Virus record (IMG/VR): IMGVR_UViG_3300048904_000041 | Span: 37,544-101,543 of that record | DNA length: 64,000 nt | From: a virus | Lineage: Duplodnaviria > Heunggongvirae > Uroviricota > Caudoviricetes | Reading direction: 5' to 3' (one strand) | Shown: one piece after another, positions 62,126 to 64,000 of the stretch | Position numbering within the stretch: the stretch's first letter is position 1 | Layout of the letters: every line of letters begins with the position of its first letter | The notes under the pieces: model-generated | Told to the model about the DNA's origin: nothing | Databases searched by the model: none | Seen by the model: only the letters and a program-made list of their open reading frames with translations | Translations under genes and position numbers: made by a program

Positions 62126-63670
62126 TTAAGTGTTTTCGTTATTGGAAACCGAATTGTCTCCATTACCACCAGTACCGCTACCATTGCTGTTAGACAGACC
62201 AGATTTCATACCACCACCACTCTCACTTTGCATTTGCTCACCGACTGGCGACAATAGCTTCATAAGGTCTTCAGTGGACATATCGTCTGGAACTTGGTAA
62301 TCAACACCAGCGTCCGAAAGAACTTGGTTAATAACTTGAGGGACAATAGGGATAAGGCCAACCGCTTTAACACGCTGCCAGTATTTACCCTTGTTATCAA
62401 GTGTCTCACTATTCGGCAAATCAAAATCAAAGTAAGGAACGATATCAGTATCCCAACCATTCTGTTCGAACAGGGTCTTGACTAGCTTGTGATTAAGCTG
62501 GTCTTTGATTTCGTTCAAGCGGCTCTTGACCGCCATTTCAATAATGCTTACTTTAGATTCAGCGAGAGAGTAGCTACCACCACTACCACCACCGAGCGAG
62601 AGAACGTCAGCGAACAATGCCACTTGAATCTCACGTGTATATCGGTTGATAATAGCGTTTACATCATAACTCTTCGTACCAGAGATGTTCTTAATCTCAA
62701 AATCGAACATGCGCTTACCATCTTGGTCAGTAAGCATCGGCAGAATGAATCCGCTTTGCTTAGCCTGATGTGCACGTTCCATCATTCGCTTATACATTTC
62801 GAACGATGCTTTGCGATCTTCATCAGCATCTTCTACAAGATATTCTGGTGGAAGAAACAAAATCTTAAATGCGTTGTTATCCTGAGCAACACCAATAGCC
62901 TCAGAGTTCTCATAAGCTTTCTTAAGCTTCCAAGGTTCCCATGCCGAAACCAGCGGGGATGTACCTGTTGGACTATCGTTCTGAGGATTGTGTCGGAACA
63001 GCAAGCATTTCTTTAGAGGAATATACTTAGTCGCAACTGCTTGTTCAGCATCAAGACGAACAACGTTCCAACCATCGTGAACAGCAACTGCTGAACCATT
63101 ATCTACAGGATAAATAACTCGTTGGTCAAAACCTGCAATCTCACGACCTTTGTCATTCCAATACCAACGCTGGATAGTTCCTTGAGAGCGTGGGGATAGC
63201 GAACCAATACCTACACGACCATCATTGAATCGACTACCGTATTTAGTGTTACGATAGCGAAAGACCATTTCCAGAACAGAGAATCCATAACGGTTGAAAG
63301 TAGCGGCATTCTTGATACCGGATACCCAACTGTGATCCATGTCATCCATAACTTCAGACAGAAACTTCTGTTGAGCTTGAAGCTTTGGTAGTCGATCCTT
63401 TGGAGCATCTTTAGGGATCTTGACCTTCCACATGGCTTCTGCTACCTTACCCTCTACAAACTCAAGGGCTGGTGCAATAGTAACGTCTGTGGACATCTGA
63501 CGGAACGTCTTGTAGGCTCTAGGCCAACGTAGATCCTTTTGACAGTCATCGAACACTTGACCGCCTAGCGTGACCAAACCGGTAAAGCCTGTTTCACCGT
63601 ATGCCATAGCGGGAATCTTGTTCGTCCCCTTCTCTAAGGAGGCTGTCTTTTCCTTCTGTTTTGCAGCCAT
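62126..63670 (-). CDS. portal protein
   Basis: 514 aa, immediately downstream of terminase and upstream of protease; Gly/Ser-rich C-tail. Confidence 0.7.
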   Translation of the reverse strand: MAAKQKEKTASLEKGTNKIPAMAYGETGFTGLVTLGGQVFDDCQKDLRWPRAYKTFRQMSTDVTIAPALEFVEGKVAEAMWKVKIPKDAPKDRLPKLQAQQKFLSEVMDDMDHSWVSGIKNAATFNRYGFSVLEMVFRYRNTKYGSRFNDGRVGIGSLSPRSQGTIQRWYWNDKGREIAGFDQRVIYPVDNGSAVAVHDGWNVVRLDAEQAVATKYIPLKKCLLFRHNPQNDSPTGTSPLVSAWEPWKLKKAYENSEAIGVAQDNNAFKILFLPPEYLVEDADEDRKASFEMYKRMMERAHQAKQSGFILPMLTDQDGKRMFDFEIKNISGTKSYDVNAIINRYTREIQVALFADVLSLGGGSGGSYSLAESKVSIIEMAVKSRLNEIKDQLNHKLVKTLFEQNGWDTDIVPYFDFDLPNSETLDNKGKYWQRVKAVGLIPIVPQVINQVLSDAGVDYQVPDDMSTEDLMKLLSPVGEQMQSESGGGMKSGLSNSNGSGTGGNGDNSVSNNENT

Positions 63671-63691
63671 TAGGCAACTCCTGAGTGAAGG

Positions 63692-64000
63692 TTAATTTGA
63701 TAAGTTGACAGAACCCAAGGCTGCTGCCATCTTAGGAATGTGAACACGTTGAGCAAGGATTGTGGTAGCATCAGAGATGGCGTCAACGCAGTCATCGTGA
63801 CCTGTTTCACCACTACGACGTTTACCAGTGAATGCCTCAAGCTCTTTGTACACAAAGTTGTTATTGCAATGAATGTTGTTCTCAAGATCAGTACCTGCAC
63901 CTTTAAGGAACTTGACATGACCATTGTGAGCAAGAGAAGAGAAAGGTCTAAACCGATCAAGCTTGGATTGACTTGTCTTGACTGTGCGAACCCTGTATCC
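63692..64000 (-). CDS. terminase large subunit, 3' end (C-terminal nuclease domain), 5'-partial in window
   Basis: minus-strand translation ...RRSGETGHDDCVDAISDATTILAQRVHIPKMAAALGSVNLSN*; hDDxxDA nuclease motif; not in ORF track because start lies outside window. Confidence 0.7.
   Translation of the reverse strand, partial: GYRVRTVKTSQSKLDRFRPFSSLAHNGHVKFLKGAGTDLENNIHCNNNFVYKELEAFTGKRRSGETGHDDCVDAISDATTILAQRVHIPKMAAALGSVNLSN

Noticed and set aside
63670-63960. 96-aa minus-strand ORF MIGLDLSLLLL…
   Set aside because: Low-complexity frame overlapping the true terminase large-subunit 3' end. The terminase frame (ending HDDCVDAISDATT…VNLSN*) is the real gene.
1-64000. CRISPR arrays, integrase/attP or lysogeny module
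   Set aside because: No spacer-repeat arrays, no tyrosine/serine recombinase motifs and no CI/Cro-like pair. The direct repeats at 2020-2140 are only three imperfect copies without regular spacers.

Overview
The window is a nearly uninterrupted stretch of a virulent-looking tailed phage (siphovirus type) genome. No integrase, repressor or CRISPR array is visible. Almost all genes lie on the minus strand.

Gene content by position (right to left for the minus-strand modules):
- 63.7–41.2 kb: a lambda-like morphogenesis module. It runs from the 3' end of a terminase large subunit through portal, S49 protease/scaffold, decoration protein and major capsid protein. Head-tail connector proteins follow, then the major tail protein, G/GT chaperones with a -1 frameshift site, tape measure, gpM/L/K/I/J homologues and two side-fibre genes.
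- 41.2–39.5 kb: a lysis cassette with a SAR endolysin, a holin and nested i-/o-spanins.
- 39.5–34.3 kb: a plus-strand island of about 14 genes with an SF1 UvrD-like helicase. It has its own promoter and terminator.
- 34–30 kb: small membrane and secreted proteins, a promoter-tRNA-SPFH lipoprotein-membrane partner operon and a Lar-like zinc ribbon.
- 29.8–11.8 kb: the replication and nucleotide-metabolism module. It holds a T7 gp4-like primase-helicase, a family B DNA polymerase, an SSB, a FEN-like 5'-3' exonuclease, an HNH endonuclease and a DnaQ-like exonuclease. It also holds MazG-like and ThyX-like proteins, a glutaredoxin, NrdB and NrdA.
- 11.8–0 kb: early-type small genes, including a tail-fibre-repeat protein, a very acidic protein and a Pol-beta-type nucleotidyltransferase followed by a membrane protein.

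Regulatory architecture: many genes are flanked by near-identical terminator hairpin (ACCCGC-CGAA-GCGGGT) plus consensus sigma70 promoter (AT-rich UP + TTGACA-16/17-TAnAAT) cassettes. A 600-bp repeat-rich non-coding region sits at 1.6–2.2 kb.

The candidates I rank highest for novelty are the tRNA-SPFH operon, the plus-strand helicase island and the NTase-membrane protein triad. All functional calls come from motifs read by eye and need homology or structure searches to confirm.
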